Part shown: piece after piece, positions 9,849-20,054 of the stretch
How the letters are laid out: the number at the start of each line of letters is the position of its first letter
How positions within the stretch are numbered: position 1 is the first letter of the stretch
Assembly: GCA_963749705.1 (NCBI GenBank)
Contig: CAVVNQ010000015.1
Location: forward strand, 192,001 to 256,000
Source: an uncultured Chloroflexia bacterium
GTDB lineage: Bacteria > Chloroflexota > Limnocylindria > Limnocylindrales > CSP1-4
DNA: 64,000 nucleotides
Direction: 5' to 3'
Program-made: the position numbers and the translations under genes
The notes under the pieces: generated by a model
The model's database searches: none
Told to the model about the DNA's origin: nothing
What the model saw: only the letters and a program-made list of their open reading frames with translations

Positions 9849-10213
9849 GCGAGCCGACGCGCGCGTTCCGTTTCGCCGTCAACGTCACGCCCAAGCCCGG
9901 GATCCTGGACCCCCAGGGCCGGGCCGTCGAGCGCAGCCTGCCGCACCTCGGGATCGCAGGGGTCGGCGACGTCCGGGTCGGGCGGAGGGTCGAGCTGAGG
10001 GTGGAGGCGGCCGACCAGGCTGCCGCGCGAACCGTGGTCGAGCGGCTCGCCCGGGAGCTGCTGTCGAACCCGCTGATCGAGGCGTACGAGATCGAGGCTC
10101 GCGAGATCGATCCGGACGGGACGGGCGGTGGCGTGACCGGCGGGGGCGTGACCGGCTCGCCGGCGGCGGCGGACGCGGCCGGGCCGGGCTCGCGAGCGGG
10201 AGCGGCCGGGTGA
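9845..10213 (+). CDS. purS: FGAM synthase subunit PurS (with a Gly/Ala-rich C-terminal tail)
   Basis: KPGILDPQGRAV and LLSNPLIEAY motifs. ATGA overlap with purC. Confidence 0.92.
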   Translation: MSEPTRAFRFAVNVTPKPGILDPQGRAVERSLPHLGIAGVGDVRVGRRVELRVEAADQAAARTVVERLARELLSNPLIEAYEIEAREIDPDGTGGGVTGGGVTGSPAAADAAGPGSRAGAAG

Positions 10214-10968
10214 GCGTCCGGATCGGGGTCGTCCTGTTCCCCGGGTCCAACCGCGACATCGACGCGGTCAACGCGCTGCGCCTGGCGGGTGCGGAGCCCG
10301 AGATCCTGTGGCACGAATCGACGGACCTGGCCGGGATCGCCGGGATCCTGATCCCGGGTGGCTTCGCGTACGGGGACTACCTGCGCGCCGGGGTGATCGC
10401 GCGCTTCAGCCCCGTGATGCGTGCGGTCGCGGCGTTCGCCGATCAGGGTGGGCCGGTGCTCGGCATCTGCAACGGGTTCCAGGTCCTCGCCGAGGCGGGC
10501 CTGGTCCCGGGCGCCCTGCTCCGGAACCGCGGCCTGCGGTTCGTGTGCCGTGAGGTGGCGCTGATGCCCGAGCGCCTCGACACGCCGTTCACGCGCGAGA
10601 TCGGCGAGCGACGCCCGCTGCGGATGCCGGTCGCCCACGGGGAAGGCTGCTACTACGCGGACGACGCGACGCTGGACGAGCTCGAGCGCGACGGCCGGGT
10701 GCTGTGGCGGTACGTGGACGGTGACGGTGCGATCGCCGGTCCCGACGACGCGGCCAACCCCAACGGGTCGCTCCGCGGCATCGCCGGCGTGCAGAACGCG
10801 GCCGGCAACGTCGCAGGCCTCATGCCGCATCCGGAGACGGCGGTCGAGGCCATCCTGGGCTCGGATGACGGGCTGGGGATCATCCGCTCGCTGGTCGTGA
10901 GCGCCGGGGAATGGGCGAGCACGGGGGCCATCACCGGCACCCGCGCCGCGACCGGAGCTGCCAGGTGA
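10210..10968 (+). CDS. purQ: FGAM synthase glutaminase subunit
   Basis: FPGSNRD, PGGFAYGDYLRAG, LGICNGFQ (catalytic Cys), NPNGS and MPHPE motifs. Confidence 0.95.
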   Translation: MSVRIGVVLFPGSNRDIDAVNALRLAGAEPEILWHESTDLAGIAGILIPGGFAYGDYLRAGVIARFSPVMRAVAAFADQGGPVLGICNGFQVLAEAGLVPGALLRNRGLRFVCREVALMPERLDTPFTREIGERRPLRMPVAHGEGCYYADDATLDELERDGRVLWRYVDGDGAIAGPDDAANPNGSLRGIAGVQNAAGNVAGLMPHPETAVEAILGSDDGLGIIRSLVVSAGEWASTGAITGTRAATGAAR

Positions 10969-13310
10969 CCGCATCCACGACCCCCGCCGCCGTGCCGCTT
11001 CACCGGACGCTGGGCCTCGAGGACGTCGAGCTCGACGCGATCCGGGCCAAGCTGGGCCGTGACCCCAACGACCTCGAGCTCGCCATGTTCAGCGTCATGT
11101 GGAGCGAGCACTGCTCGTACAAGAGCAGCCGTCCGCTGCTGCGCACGCTGCCGACGAAGGGCGAGGACGTCGTCGCCGGGGTGGGGGAGCAGGCGGGCGT
11201 GATCTCGATCGGCGACGGGCTCGCGGTGGCGTTCAAGATCGAGAGCCACAACCACCCCAGCGCCGTCGAGCCGTACCAGGGCGCGGCCACGGGCGTGGGC
11301 GGGATCCTGCGCGACGTGTTCGCGATGGGCGCCCGCCCGATCGCGGTGCTCGACGCGCTCCGGTTCGGCGACCCGTCCGATGCGCGGACCCGGCACCTGG
11401 TCGACGGCGTCGTGCGCGGTGTCGGCGGGTACGGCAACTGCGTGGGCGTGCCGACCGTCGGGGGCGAGCTCGTGTTCGACTCGTCGTACCAGGGCAACCC
11501 GCTGGTCAACGTGATGGCGATCGGGCTGCTCGAGGAGGGGATGCTCACCCGGGCGGCCGCCGACGGGCCCGGCAACCTGGTGGTCCTGTACGGCTCGGCG
11601 ACCGGACGCGACGGGATCGGCGGGGCGTCGGTGCTCGCGAGCGCGACCTTCGGCGACCAGGAGGGCTCGAAGCGCCCGTCGGTCCAGGTCGGCGACCCGT
11701 TCGCCGAGAAGCTGCTGATCGAGGCGACGCTGGAGCTGATCGCGAAGGGCGTGGTCGTGTCGATCCAGGACCTGGGTGCGGCCGGGATCACCTGCGCAAC
11801 GTGCGAGACGGCCGACCGGGGCGCGACCGGGATGCTCGTCGACCTCGACGCGATCCCGCGGCGGGAGCCCGGCCTCGAGCCGTTCGAGGTGATGATCTCC
11901 GAGTCCCAGGAGCGGATGGTCGCCATCGTCGAGCCGGCGCGCTGGGACGCCGTGCGCGCGATCTGCGAGCGGTGGGACCTGCCGGTCGCGATCATCGGAC
12001 GCGTCACCGAGCAGCCCGACATCGTGGTCCTCACGGGTCCCGACGGTGCCGGGGCGCTGGATGCCCAGGGCCGCCCCGTCGCCGGTGCGCTCGAGCTCGC
12101 CCGCATCCCGGCACGCGCGCTCGCGTCGGAGGCGATCGAGTTCGAGCGAGCGTCGCGATCGCCCGCGCGCCGCCGCCAGGCACCGGCGCCGGGCATGCCC
12201 ACGGAGCCCACCGAGGCGCTGCCCGGCCGCGGCATGGACCCCGGCGCCGTGCTGCTGGCCCTGCTCGGCTCGGCCAACCTGTCGTCGCGGCGGATCGTGT
12301 ACGAGCAGTACGACCACAACGTACAGGCCAACACCGTCGCCGGCCCGGGTCGCGGCGCCGCGGTCATCCGGATCAAGGGAACCACGAAGGCCCTGGTCGC
12401 GACGACCGACGCGAACGCGTCGGTCGGGGTCCTCGACCCCTGGCTGGGCGCCGCGCTGTCGGTCGCGGAGGCCGCCCGCAACGTGTCGATCACCGGTGCC
12501 CGGCCGCTGGGCGTCACCAACTGCCTCAACTACGGGGATCCCACCCGACCCGAGGCGTTCTGGCAGCTGTCCGAGGCCGTCCGCGGCCTGTCCGACGCGT
12601 GCGTCGCGCTGGGGCTGCCGGTCACCGGCGGCAACGTGTCCCTGTACAACGAATCCCGCTCGGGCGCGATCGCGCCGACGCCCGAGATCGGGATCGTGGG
12701 CCTGCTCGCCGACGTGTCGACCCGGGTCGGTCCGGCGTTCGCCGCGGATGGGAACGTCGTGGTCGCGGTCGGATCGCCCGGCCCCGGGCTCGCCGGCAGC
12801 GAGTACGCCCGTCTGGCCGGTGCCGCCGCCGAGGACGGTCCGCCACCCCTCGACCTCGAGCGCGAGCGGGCGGTCCAGGCGTTCATCCGCGAGGCCATCG
12901 CCCGCGGCCTCGTCGAGAGCTGCCAGGACGTGTCCGGTGGCGGGCTCGCGGTGGCGCTGGCCGAGATGGCGATCTGGGGCGATCGCGGTGCTCGTCTCCG
13001 GGTGTCGGTGGGGGATTCGCCCGCCGTGGCGCTGTTCGGCGAGAGCCCGTCACGGCTGGTGGCCGAGGTCATGCCGCGCCACGTCCCGGCCTTCGTCCTG
13101 CTCGCCCGCCACCACGGCCTGCCGACCGATGAGCTGGGCGTCACCGGTGGCACGCAGCTGGTGATCGAGATGGCCGGCGAAGGCGCCACGGGCGCCGCCG
13201 AGGAACGCGGCAGCCGGATCGCGGACGCGCTCGAGGTCCCGGTGCCGGATCTCCGGCACGCGTGGGAGCATGGGCTGCCGCGGGCGCTGGGCCTCGAGGA
13301 CGACCGCTGA
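10965..13310 (+). CDS. purL: FGAM synthase subunit PurL (small type)
   Basis: MWSEHCSYKSS, KIESHNHPS, GAATGVGG, QVGDPF, SESQERM, TNCLNYG and GGNVSLYN motifs. Confidence 0.96.
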   Translation: MTASTTPAAVPLHRTLGLEDVELDAIRAKLGRDPNDLELAMFSVMWSEHCSYKSSRPLLRTLPTKGEDVVAGVGEQAGVISIGDGLAVAFKIESHNHPSAVEPYQGAATGVGGILRDVFAMGARPIAVLDALRFGDPSDARTRHLVDGVVRGVGGYGNCVGVPTVGGELVFDSSYQGNPLVNVMAIGLLEEGMLTRAAADGPGNLVVLYGSATGRDGIGGASVLASATFGDQEGSKRPSVQVGDPFAEKLLIEATLELIAKGVVVSIQDLGAAGITCATCETADRGATGMLVDLDAIPRREPGLEPFEVMISESQERMVAIVEPARWDAVRAICERWDLPVAIIGRVTEQPDIVVLTGPDGAGALDAQGRPVAGALELARIPARALASEAIEFERASRSPARRRQAPAPGMPTEPTEALPGRGMDPGAVLLALLGSANLSSRRIVYEQYDHNVQANTVAGPGRGAAVIRIKGTTKALVATTDANASVGVLDPWLGAALSVAEAARNVSITGARPLGVTNCLNYGDPTRPEAFWQLSEAVRGLSDACVALGLPVTGGNVSLYNESRSGAIAPTPEIGIVGLLADVSTRVGPAFAADGNVVVAVGSPGPGLAGSEYARLAGAAAEDGPPPLDLERERAVQAFIREAIARGLVESCQDVSGGGLAVALAEMAIWGDRGARLRVSVGDSPAVALFGESPSRLVAEVMPRHVPAFVLLARHHGLPTDELGVTGGTQLVIEMAGEGATGAAEERGSRIADALEVPVPDLRHAWEHGLPRALGLEDDR

Positions 13311-14794
13311 TGTGCGGCGTCGTCGGCGTCGTCCTGCCAGATCGTGGCCATGAGGCGGCCGCGGTGGCCGCCACGGCGCTGTTCGCGCTCCAGCACCGCG
13401 GCCAGGAGTCAGCCGGTGTCGGGGTGTCCGACGGCCGGAACCTGATGATCTACAAGGACCTGGGCATGGTCGGCACCGTGCTCGACGAGCGGCGCATCCC
13501 GTCGCTCGCGGGCGACCTCGCGGTCGCCCATTGCCGCTACTCGACCACGGGCTCCACGGTCTGGGAGAACGCCCAGCCGACACTCCGGCTCGGCCCGCGC
13601 CGGGCGCTCGCGATCGGCCACAACGGGAACCTCGTCAATACGCGCGAGCTGCTCACCCAGCTCCAGGGGGGCCGCGGACGCCTCCCCGCGTCGACCGACA
13701 CGGAGCTCCTCACCGCGCTGCTCGCCGACGAGCCGGCCGCCGACACGGTCGATGCGCTCCGCCGCGTGCTGCCCCGAGTGCGCGGCGCGTACAGCCTGGT
13801 CGTCCTCGACGAGCAGCGCGTCATCGGGGTCCGCGACCCGCACGGCTTCCGGCCGCTCGTCCTGGGCCGGCTTCCGGCGCCGGCGGGCCAGCCCGACGGG
13901 CCCGGCCTGTGGGGCGACGACACGGCTGGCTGGATGCTCGCCTCGGAGACCGCGGCGCTGGACATCGTGGGCGCGGAGTACGTGCGCGACGTGGAGCCGG
14001 GCGAGATCGTGGTGCTCGAGCCGGGCCGGGAGCCGGTGTCCGTGCGGTACGCCACCGCGACCCCAGCGCTGTGCGTGTTCGAGCTGATCTACTTCGCCCG
14101 GCCCGACTCGTACATGGAAGGTCGCAACCTGTACGAGGCGCGGCGCCAGATGGGGATCCAGCTCGCCGCGGAGCACGCCGTGGAGGCGGACATGGTGATG
14201 CCGGTCCCCGACACCGGCGCGCCCGCCGCGGCCGGGTTCGCCGAGGCCTCGGGCATCCCGTACCGCGAGGGCATGGTCCGCAACCGGTACAGCGGCCGGA
14301 CCTTCATCCAGCCCTCGCAGGCGATGCGCCAGCGGGGGGTCAACGTCAAGCTCAGCCCGCTGCGCGAGGTGGTCCGCGACCGCCGCCTGATCGTGGTCGA
14401 CGACTCGATCGTGCGCGGCAACACGACCAAGCAGATCGTGGGCCTGCTCCGTCGCGCGGGCGCCCGCGAGGTCCATGTCCGGATCAGCGCCCCGCCCATC
14501 TACCACCCGTGCTTCTACGGGATCGACACCGCGATCGAGACCGAGCTGATCGCGGGCACCCACTCGGTGGACGAGATCCGGGAGTTCATCGGCGCCGACA
14601 CGCTGGGCTACCTGTCGATCCGGGGGGTGCTGGCCGCGCTCGACCTCCCGTACGAGCAGTTCTGCTTCGCCTGCTTCGACGGCAACTACCCCGAGCCCGT
14701 GCCGTACGACGTCTCGGCCCGCAAGTTCATGCTTGAGACATCCCCCGAACCCGCGCGCGCCGAGGGCGTGGCGCCGGCCGACGCGGCCGGATGA
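13310..14794 (+). CDS. purF: amidophosphoribosyltransferase
   Basis: N-terminal MCG nucleophile, LQHRGQESAG, HNGNL and PRPP loop VDDSIVRGNT. Fe-S cysteines are present (CVFE, CFYG, CFACF). Confidence 0.96.
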   Translation: MCGVVGVVLPDRGHEAAAVAATALFALQHRGQESAGVGVSDGRNLMIYKDLGMVGTVLDERRIPSLAGDLAVAHCRYSTTGSTVWENAQPTLRLGPRRALAIGHNGNLVNTRELLTQLQGGRGRLPASTDTELLTALLADEPAADTVDALRRVLPRVRGAYSLVVLDEQRVIGVRDPHGFRPLVLGRLPAPAGQPDGPGLWGDDTAGWMLASETAALDIVGAEYVRDVEPGEIVVLEPGREPVSVRYATATPALCVFELIYFARPDSYMEGRNLYEARRQMGIQLAAEHAVEADMVMPVPDTGAPAAAGFAEASGIPYREGMVRNRYSGRTFIQPSQAMRQRGVNVKLSPLREVVRDRRLIVVDDSIVRGNTTKQIVGLLRRAGAREVHVRISAPPIYHPCFYGIDTAIETELIAGTHSVDEIREFIGADTLGYLSIRGVLAALDLPYEQFCFACFDGNYPEPVPYDVSARKFMLETSPEPARAEGVAPADAAG

Positions 14795-15945
14795 CGGACC
14801 CCCGACCGGCGTCCGCGCGAGCGGCGTACGCGCGATCCGGCGTCGACGTCGCGGCGGGCGAGCGCGCGGTCGAGCTGATGCGCGCGTCGGTCGCCTCCAC
14901 GCACCGGCCCGAGGTGCTGGGCGGTCTGGGCGGGTTCGGATCGGCCATCACGATCCCGGCCGGCATCCGCGAACCGGTCATGGTTGCCTCGACCGACGGC
15001 GTGGGCACCAAGACCGCGATTGCGGCTGCGCTGGGCCGGTTCGACACGATCGGCGTGGACCTGGTCGCGATGTGCGCCGACGATGTCGTGTGCAGCGGCG
15101 CGGAGCCGGTGGCATTCCTCGACTACGTGGCGGTGGGCCAGCTCGACCCGACCCAGGTCGCCGAGCTCGTCGGAGGCGTCGCCGACGGCTGTCGCCAGGC
15201 GGGCTGCGCGCTCGTGGGCGGCGAGACCGCCGAGCATCCCGGCCTGATGGACGCGCACGAGTTCGACCTCGCCGGGTTCTGCGTGGGCATCGCGGAGCGC
15301 TCGCGCCTGCTGGACGTCACCGCCGCGCGCGCGGGCGACGTGATCGTGGGGTTCGCGTCGAGCGGGCTCCACGCCAACGGATACTCGCTGGTGCGGGCGC
15401 TCGTCGCGGAGCACGAGCTGCCGCTCCAGGAGTCGTTCCAGGCGCTGCTTCGCCGGGTGCTGGGCGACGCGGAGGCCGCCGCGCACATCACGCGCGAGCC
15501 CGACCACGAGCTGGCCACGCTGGGCGAGGTCCTGCTGACCCCGACCCGGATCTACGCGCCGGCCGTGCTCGCGATCCGCGAGGCGCTGCTCGCCGACGGC
15601 ACCGACGTCCATGGCATCGCGCACATCACCGGCGGGGGACTGCCCGGCAACGTCCCTCGCGCCCTGCCCGCGAACCTCGCCGCCCGGCTCGACCCGTCCG
15701 CGTGGCCGATGCCCGCGGTGATGGCCCTGCTCGGGGCGCTGGGCGGGATCGAGGACGACGAGCTGCGGGCGACGTTCAACGGGGGTCTGGGCATGGTCGT
15801 GGTCGTGCCGGCATCGGCCGCGGAGCGAACGGTCGGGCTGGCCGGCCAACGGGGGCTGCCGGCGTGGGTGGTCGGCGAGGTGGTGCCGGCCGGCGAGACG
15901 GGTTCCGGTCGCTATGCCGAGGGTCGTCGTGGGCGGACCAGCTGA
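14791..15945 (+). CDS. purM: phosphoribosylformylglycinamidine cyclo-ligase (AIR synthetase)
   Basis: YARSGVD, STDGVGTK, GGETAEHPG, SSGLHANGYSL, AHITGGG and TFNGGLGM motifs. Confidence 0.96.
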   Translation: MTDPRPASARAAYARSGVDVAAGERAVELMRASVASTHRPEVLGGLGGFGSAITIPAGIREPVMVASTDGVGTKTAIAAALGRFDTIGVDLVAMCADDVVCSGAEPVAFLDYVAVGQLDPTQVAELVGGVADGCRQAGCALVGGETAEHPGLMDAHEFDLAGFCVGIAERSRLLDVTAARAGDVIVGFASSGLHANGYSLVRALVAEHELPLQESFQALLRRVLGDAEAAAHITREPDHELATLGEVLLTPTRIYAPAVLAIREALLADGTDVHGIAHITGGGLPGNVPRALPANLAARLDPSAWPMPAVMALLGALGGIEDDELRATFNGGLGMVVVVPASAAERTVGLAGQRGLPAWVVGEVVPAGETGSGRYAEGRRGRTS

Positions 15946-15960
15946 GCCGATGGAGGAGAC

Positions 15961-18234
15961 ATGAGTCATTCGGGTCGGATCGCGGTCGGCGTGTCGGGAT
16001 CGGGCTCCAACCTGCGGGCGCTCGCGGCGGCGGCCGCGCGCGGCGCGCTGGGTGGCGAGGTCGTGCTCGTGTTCGCGGATCGCCCGTGCGCCGCGCTCGA
16101 CTGGGCGGCGGAGCAGGGGATCGACACCGTGCTCGTGCCCGGCGGCGACGACGCGACCCTGGCCGAGACCCTGGCCGCCGTCGAGCCCGATGCGGTCGTC
16201 CTCGCGGGCTACCTGCGGCTGGTCGGACCCGCGGTGCTGGCGGCATTCGGCGGCCGGATCCTCAACGTCCACCCGTCGCTGCTGCCGGCGTTCCCGGGGC
16301 TCCATGCCGTGCGCGATGCGCTGGCGGCAGGCGTCGCGGTCACCGGCGTCACCGTCCACCTCGTGGACGCGACGCTCGACGGCGGCCCGATCGTCGCCCA
16401 GGAGGCGGTCCCCGTGCTGCCCGAGGACGACGAGGACTCGCTGCTCGGGCGCCTCCACCCGGTCGAGCACCGGCTGCTGCCGGCGGCCGTCGCCGCCCTG
16501 CTCGCCGGGGCGCTGACCCGGCCCGGGGGCGCGCGCCGCGCACGCCTGGACACCGCGATCGCCGACGCCGCCGTCCCGGTACCGCGCCGCGCCCTCCTGT
16601 CGGTGTCCGACAAGCGCGCGCTCGCCGAGCTCGGGCGGGGCCTGGTCACCCGCGGCTTCGAGCTGGTGAGCACCGGCGGCACCGCCCGGGCGCTGCGCGA
16701 GGTCGGCCTTCCGGTCACGGACGTCGCCGCGGTCACCGGGTTCCCGGAGATGCTCGACGGTCGGGTCAAGACGCTCCATCCCCGGGTACATGCCGGGCTG
16801 CTCGCCGATCGCCGCCGGGTGGATCACCGCGAGGCGCTGCTGGCCGCGGGCATCGCGCCGTTCGAGCTCGTGGTCGTCAACCTGTATCCGTTCGCCGAGG
16901 CGGCGCGCAGGCCCGGCCTCTCGTTCGATGACCTGGTCGAGGAGATCGACATCGGCGGCCCGTCGATGGTCCGGGCGGCGGCCAAGAACCACGCCTCGGT
17001 CGCGATCGTCACCTCGCCGGACCGGTATGACGCGATCCTCGCGGCGCTCGACGACCACGGCGAGATCCCGCTCGGGCTCCGCTCGGCGCTGGCCGTCGAG
17101 GCGTTCCGGCACACCGCCGCCTACGACGCGCGGATCGCCGCCGAGCTGCCCGGCCGAATGGTCGAGGCGGGCGTCCCACTCCCGCCCGAGCCGGGTCTGC
17201 CCACCTCGGACGACCCCTACCCGCCGACCCTGACGATCTCGATGACCAAGGTCGAGACGCTGCGCTACGGCGAGAACCCGCACCAGCCCGCCGCGCGCTA
17301 CCGTCGGACCGACCGCGAGCCGCGCCCCGGCGAGGGCCCGTTCGCATCCGGTGAGCCGCCGCTGCAGGGCAAGGCGCTGAGCTACAACAACGTGCTCGAC
17401 GCGTCCGCCGCCGCGGCCGTCGCCCGGCAGCTGCGCGGGCCGGCGATCGTGATCATGAAGCACACCAACCCATGCGGCGCCGCCGAGCGGTCGAACCTGC
17501 TCAATTCCTGGGATGCGGCGCTGGCCGGCGACCCGGTCTCGGCGTTCGGGGGCGTCGTGGCCGTGCGGGGTGCCGTCGATCGCGCGCTCGCGGAGCGACT
17601 CACGTCACTGTTCCTCGAGGTGGTCGTGGCCCCGGCCTACGACGAGGCGGCGCTCGCGGTCCTGGCGACCCGGCCGAACCTGCGCCTGGTCGTCGATCCG
17701 GCGCTCGATCCGGCGGGCGACGCAGGCGGTCAGGGGCGGTCCGCGACGCCGGATCCCGACCACCTGGGCTCGGTGCGCACCACCGGGGGCGCCGTGCTGG
17801 TCACCGCCCCGGACACCCGGCCCGACGACCCGGCGACCTGGAGGTGCACGACATCGCGCCGCCCGACCGACCGCGAGCTGGCCGACCTCGATCTCGCCTG
17901 GCGGCTCGTCCGGGGCGTCGTGTCGAATGCCATCCTGCTGGTCCGTGACGGGATGCTGGTGGGGCTGGGCAGCGGCCAGGTCAGCCGGGTCGACGCGTGC
18001 CGTCAGGCGGTCGACAAGGCCGTCCGGTTCCAGGGCGATGCCGGGGCGCGGGGCGCCGTCGCCGCATCGGACGCGTTCTTCCCGTTCGCCGACGGCCCCG
18101 AGGCGCTGCTCGAGGGCGGGGTGACGGCGATCGTGCAGCCCGGCGGCTCGATGCGCGACGCCGACGTCCTCGCCGCCGTCGAGGCGGCGGGCGCGGCAAT
18201 GCTGGTGACCGGAACCCGCCACTTCCGGCATTGA
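15961..18234 (+). CDS. purH: fused GAR transformylase (PurN) and AICAR transformylase/IMP cyclohydrolase (PurH)
   Basis: The N-terminal ~200 aa carry SGSGSNL, LAGYLR, ILNVHPSLLP and LDGGPI (PurN). These are followed in one frame by RRALLSVSDK, GRVKTLHP, IDIGGP, LRYGENPHQ, SYNN, SDAFFPF and RHFRH (PurH). Confidence 0.93.
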   Translation: MSHSGRIAVGVSGSGSNLRALAAAAARGALGGEVVLVFADRPCAALDWAAEQGIDTVLVPGGDDATLAETLAAVEPDAVVLAGYLRLVGPAVLAAFGGRILNVHPSLLPAFPGLHAVRDALAAGVAVTGVTVHLVDATLDGGPIVAQEAVPVLPEDDEDSLLGRLHPVEHRLLPAAVAALLAGALTRPGGARRARLDTAIADAAVPVPRRALLSVSDKRALAELGRGLVTRGFELVSTGGTARALREVGLPVTDVAAVTGFPEMLDGRVKTLHPRVHAGLLADRRRVDHREALLAAGIAPFELVVVNLYPFAEAARRPGLSFDDLVEEIDIGGPSMVRAAAKNHASVAIVTSPDRYDAILAALDDHGEIPLGLRSALAVEAFRHTAAYDARIAAELPGRMVEAGVPLPPEPGLPTSDDPYPPTLTISMTKVETLRYGENPHQPAARYRRTDREPRPGEGPFASGEPPLQGKALSYNNVLDASAAAAVARQLRGPAIVIMKHTNPCGAAERSNLLNSWDAALAGDPVSAFGGVVAVRGAVDRALAERLTSLFLEVVVAPAYDEAALAVLATRPNLRLVVDPALDPAGDAGGQGRSATPDPDHLGSVRTTGGAVLVTAPDTRPDDPATWRCTTSRRPTDRELADLDLAWRLVRGVVSNAILLVRDGMLVGLGSGQVSRVDACRQAVDKAVRFQGDAGARGAVAASDAFFPFADGPEALLEGGVTAIVQPGGSMRDADVLAAVEAAGAAMLVTGTRHFRH

Positions 18235-18299
18235 CCAGCCTCGACCATCGGCGCCCCGCACCCCGCCGTGCCTGCCGCCGCTGCTACCATCGGCCGGCC

Positions 18300-19946
18300 A
18301 TGTCCAAGCGTCGCCGCTTCTATCTCACGACCGCCATCGCGTACGCGAACAACGCGCCCGGCCTGCACACGGTGTACGAGGTCATCGGGGCGGATGTCAT
18401 CGCGCGCTGGCACCGGATGCTGGGCGACGAGACCCGGTTCCTGACCGGCACCGACGAGCACTCGGTCAACATCGCGCAGTCCGCCGAGGCGGCAGGCCAG
18501 ACGCCGCGCGAGTTCGTGGACGAGAAGGTGGCGCTGTTCCAGGCGGCCGAGGGCGCGCTGCTCATCAGCCCCGACCGCTTCATCCGGACCACCGATCCCG
18601 ACCACTACCGGTCGGCGCAGGAGATGGTCCGCCGAGCGTACGACAACGGCGACATCTACCTCGGGTCGTACGAGGGCTGGTACTGCCCCAACGAGGGGTT
18701 CAAGGCACCGTCGGACCTGCTCGAGACGGCCAACGGGATGCAGTGCCCGAACCATCCCGACGTGACGCTCCAGTGGTTGACTGAGCGCAACTGGTTCTTC
18801 CGGCTGTCCGCCTACCAGGAGCGGCTGCTCGCCTATTACGAGGCCAACCCGGACTTCGTCCAGCCCGACTACCGGCGCAACGAGATGCTGGGGTTCATCC
18901 GCCAGGGCCTCGAGGACTTCTCGATCAGCCGCGCCGGCGCGACCTGGGGCATCCCGTTCCCGATCGCCGAGAACGGCGAGACGGCACAGCGCGAGGACGG
19001 TACCTGGGATCCGGAGGCGGGGACGATCTACGTCTGGGTGGACGCGCTGATCAACTACGTCACGGGCGCCGGCTTCCCCGACGACCTCGACACGTTCCAC
19101 CACTGGTGGCCCGCCGACCTGCACGTGATCGGCAAGGACATCGCGCGCTTCCACACGATCTACTGGCCCGCGATGCTGTGGTCGGCCGGGATCGATGCGC
19201 CGCGCCACGTCTGGGTCCATGGGTTCATGCACGTCCAGGGCGAGCGGATGAGCAAGAGCCGGGGCAACTTCTTCGATCCCAACGCGATGGTGAATGCGTT
19301 CGGCGCCGACGGAACCCGGTTCGTGACCCTGCGCGAGATTCCGTTCGACCGTGACTCGGACGTCTCCTGGGATTCGTTCGTGCGGCGGTACAACGCGGAC
19401 CTCGCCAACGACTTCGGCAACCTCGTCAACCGGACGGTCTCGATGGTCAACCGCTACCTGGGCGGCGCGCGTCCGGCGCCGCGCACGGCCGGCAATTCGC
19501 CGCTGGCCGAGGGTTGGGCCGACACGCTCGTGCTGTACCGGGAACGGCTCGATGGATGCCGGCTCCACGATGCGCTCGCGGAGCTGTGGGAGCTGGTCGG
19601 AGGCGCGAACCGGACCGTCGACGCGGAGCAGCCGTGGACGCTCAACAAGGCCGCGAAGGCCGGCGACGCGGCCGCCGAGGCCAGGTTGCGGGACGTGCTC
19701 GGCGACCTGATCGAGACGTGCCGCCTGGTGGGCCTCGCGGTGGCGCCGTTCATGCCCTCGATCGCGCCCCGGGTGATGGACCAGCTCGGGTTCGAGTACC
19801 CGTACGGCCCCGACGGGAACGGCGGTCCGGCCATCCTGGACCAGCTGGCGTGGGGCGCGCTGCGGGACCAGGCAGGCCACGTGACCGCGACGCCCGAGCC
19901 CCTGTTCCCCCGCACCGAGACCGAGGCGGCGACGGACGACGCGTAG
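18300..19946 (+). CDS. metG: methionine--tRNA ligase (short form)
   Basis: FYLTTAIAY, FLTGTDEH, FIRTTD, IYVWVDALINY, IGKDIARFH, RMSKS and DLANDFGNL motifs. The HIGH motif is divergent (GLHT). Confidence 0.93.
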   Translation: MSKRRRFYLTTAIAYANNAPGLHTVYEVIGADVIARWHRMLGDETRFLTGTDEHSVNIAQSAEAAGQTPREFVDEKVALFQAAEGALLISPDRFIRTTDPDHYRSAQEMVRRAYDNGDIYLGSYEGWYCPNEGFKAPSDLLETANGMQCPNHPDVTLQWLTERNWFFRLSAYQERLLAYYEANPDFVQPDYRRNEMLGFIRQGLEDFSISRAGATWGIPFPIAENGETAQREDGTWDPEAGTIYVWVDALINYVTGAGFPDDLDTFHHWWPADLHVIGKDIARFHTIYWPAMLWSAGIDAPRHVWVHGFMHVQGERMSKSRGNFFDPNAMVNAFGADGTRFVTLREIPFDRDSDVSWDSFVRRYNADLANDFGNLVNRTVSMVNRYLGGARPAPRTAGNSPLAEGWADTLVLYRERLDGCRLHDALAELWELVGGANRTVDAEQPWTLNKAAKAGDAAAEARLRDVLGDLIETCRLVGLAVAPFMPSIAPRVMDQLGFEYPYGPDGNGGPAILDQLAWGALRDQAGHVTATPEPLFPRTETEAATDDA

Positions 19947-20054
19947 CCCGAGTCGATCCGCGGGCGCCGCCACCGCCCCGCCACCGCCCCGCCGCCGTTC
20001 CGGCACTGCGAGTCCGCCGCCCGGAGTCGCACCCGCCCGCCATACCATCGGGCC

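Noticed and set aside
10124-10156. GGGVT duplication in the PurS tail
   Set aside because: It is a two-copy repeat in a low-complexity tail with no evidence of function.
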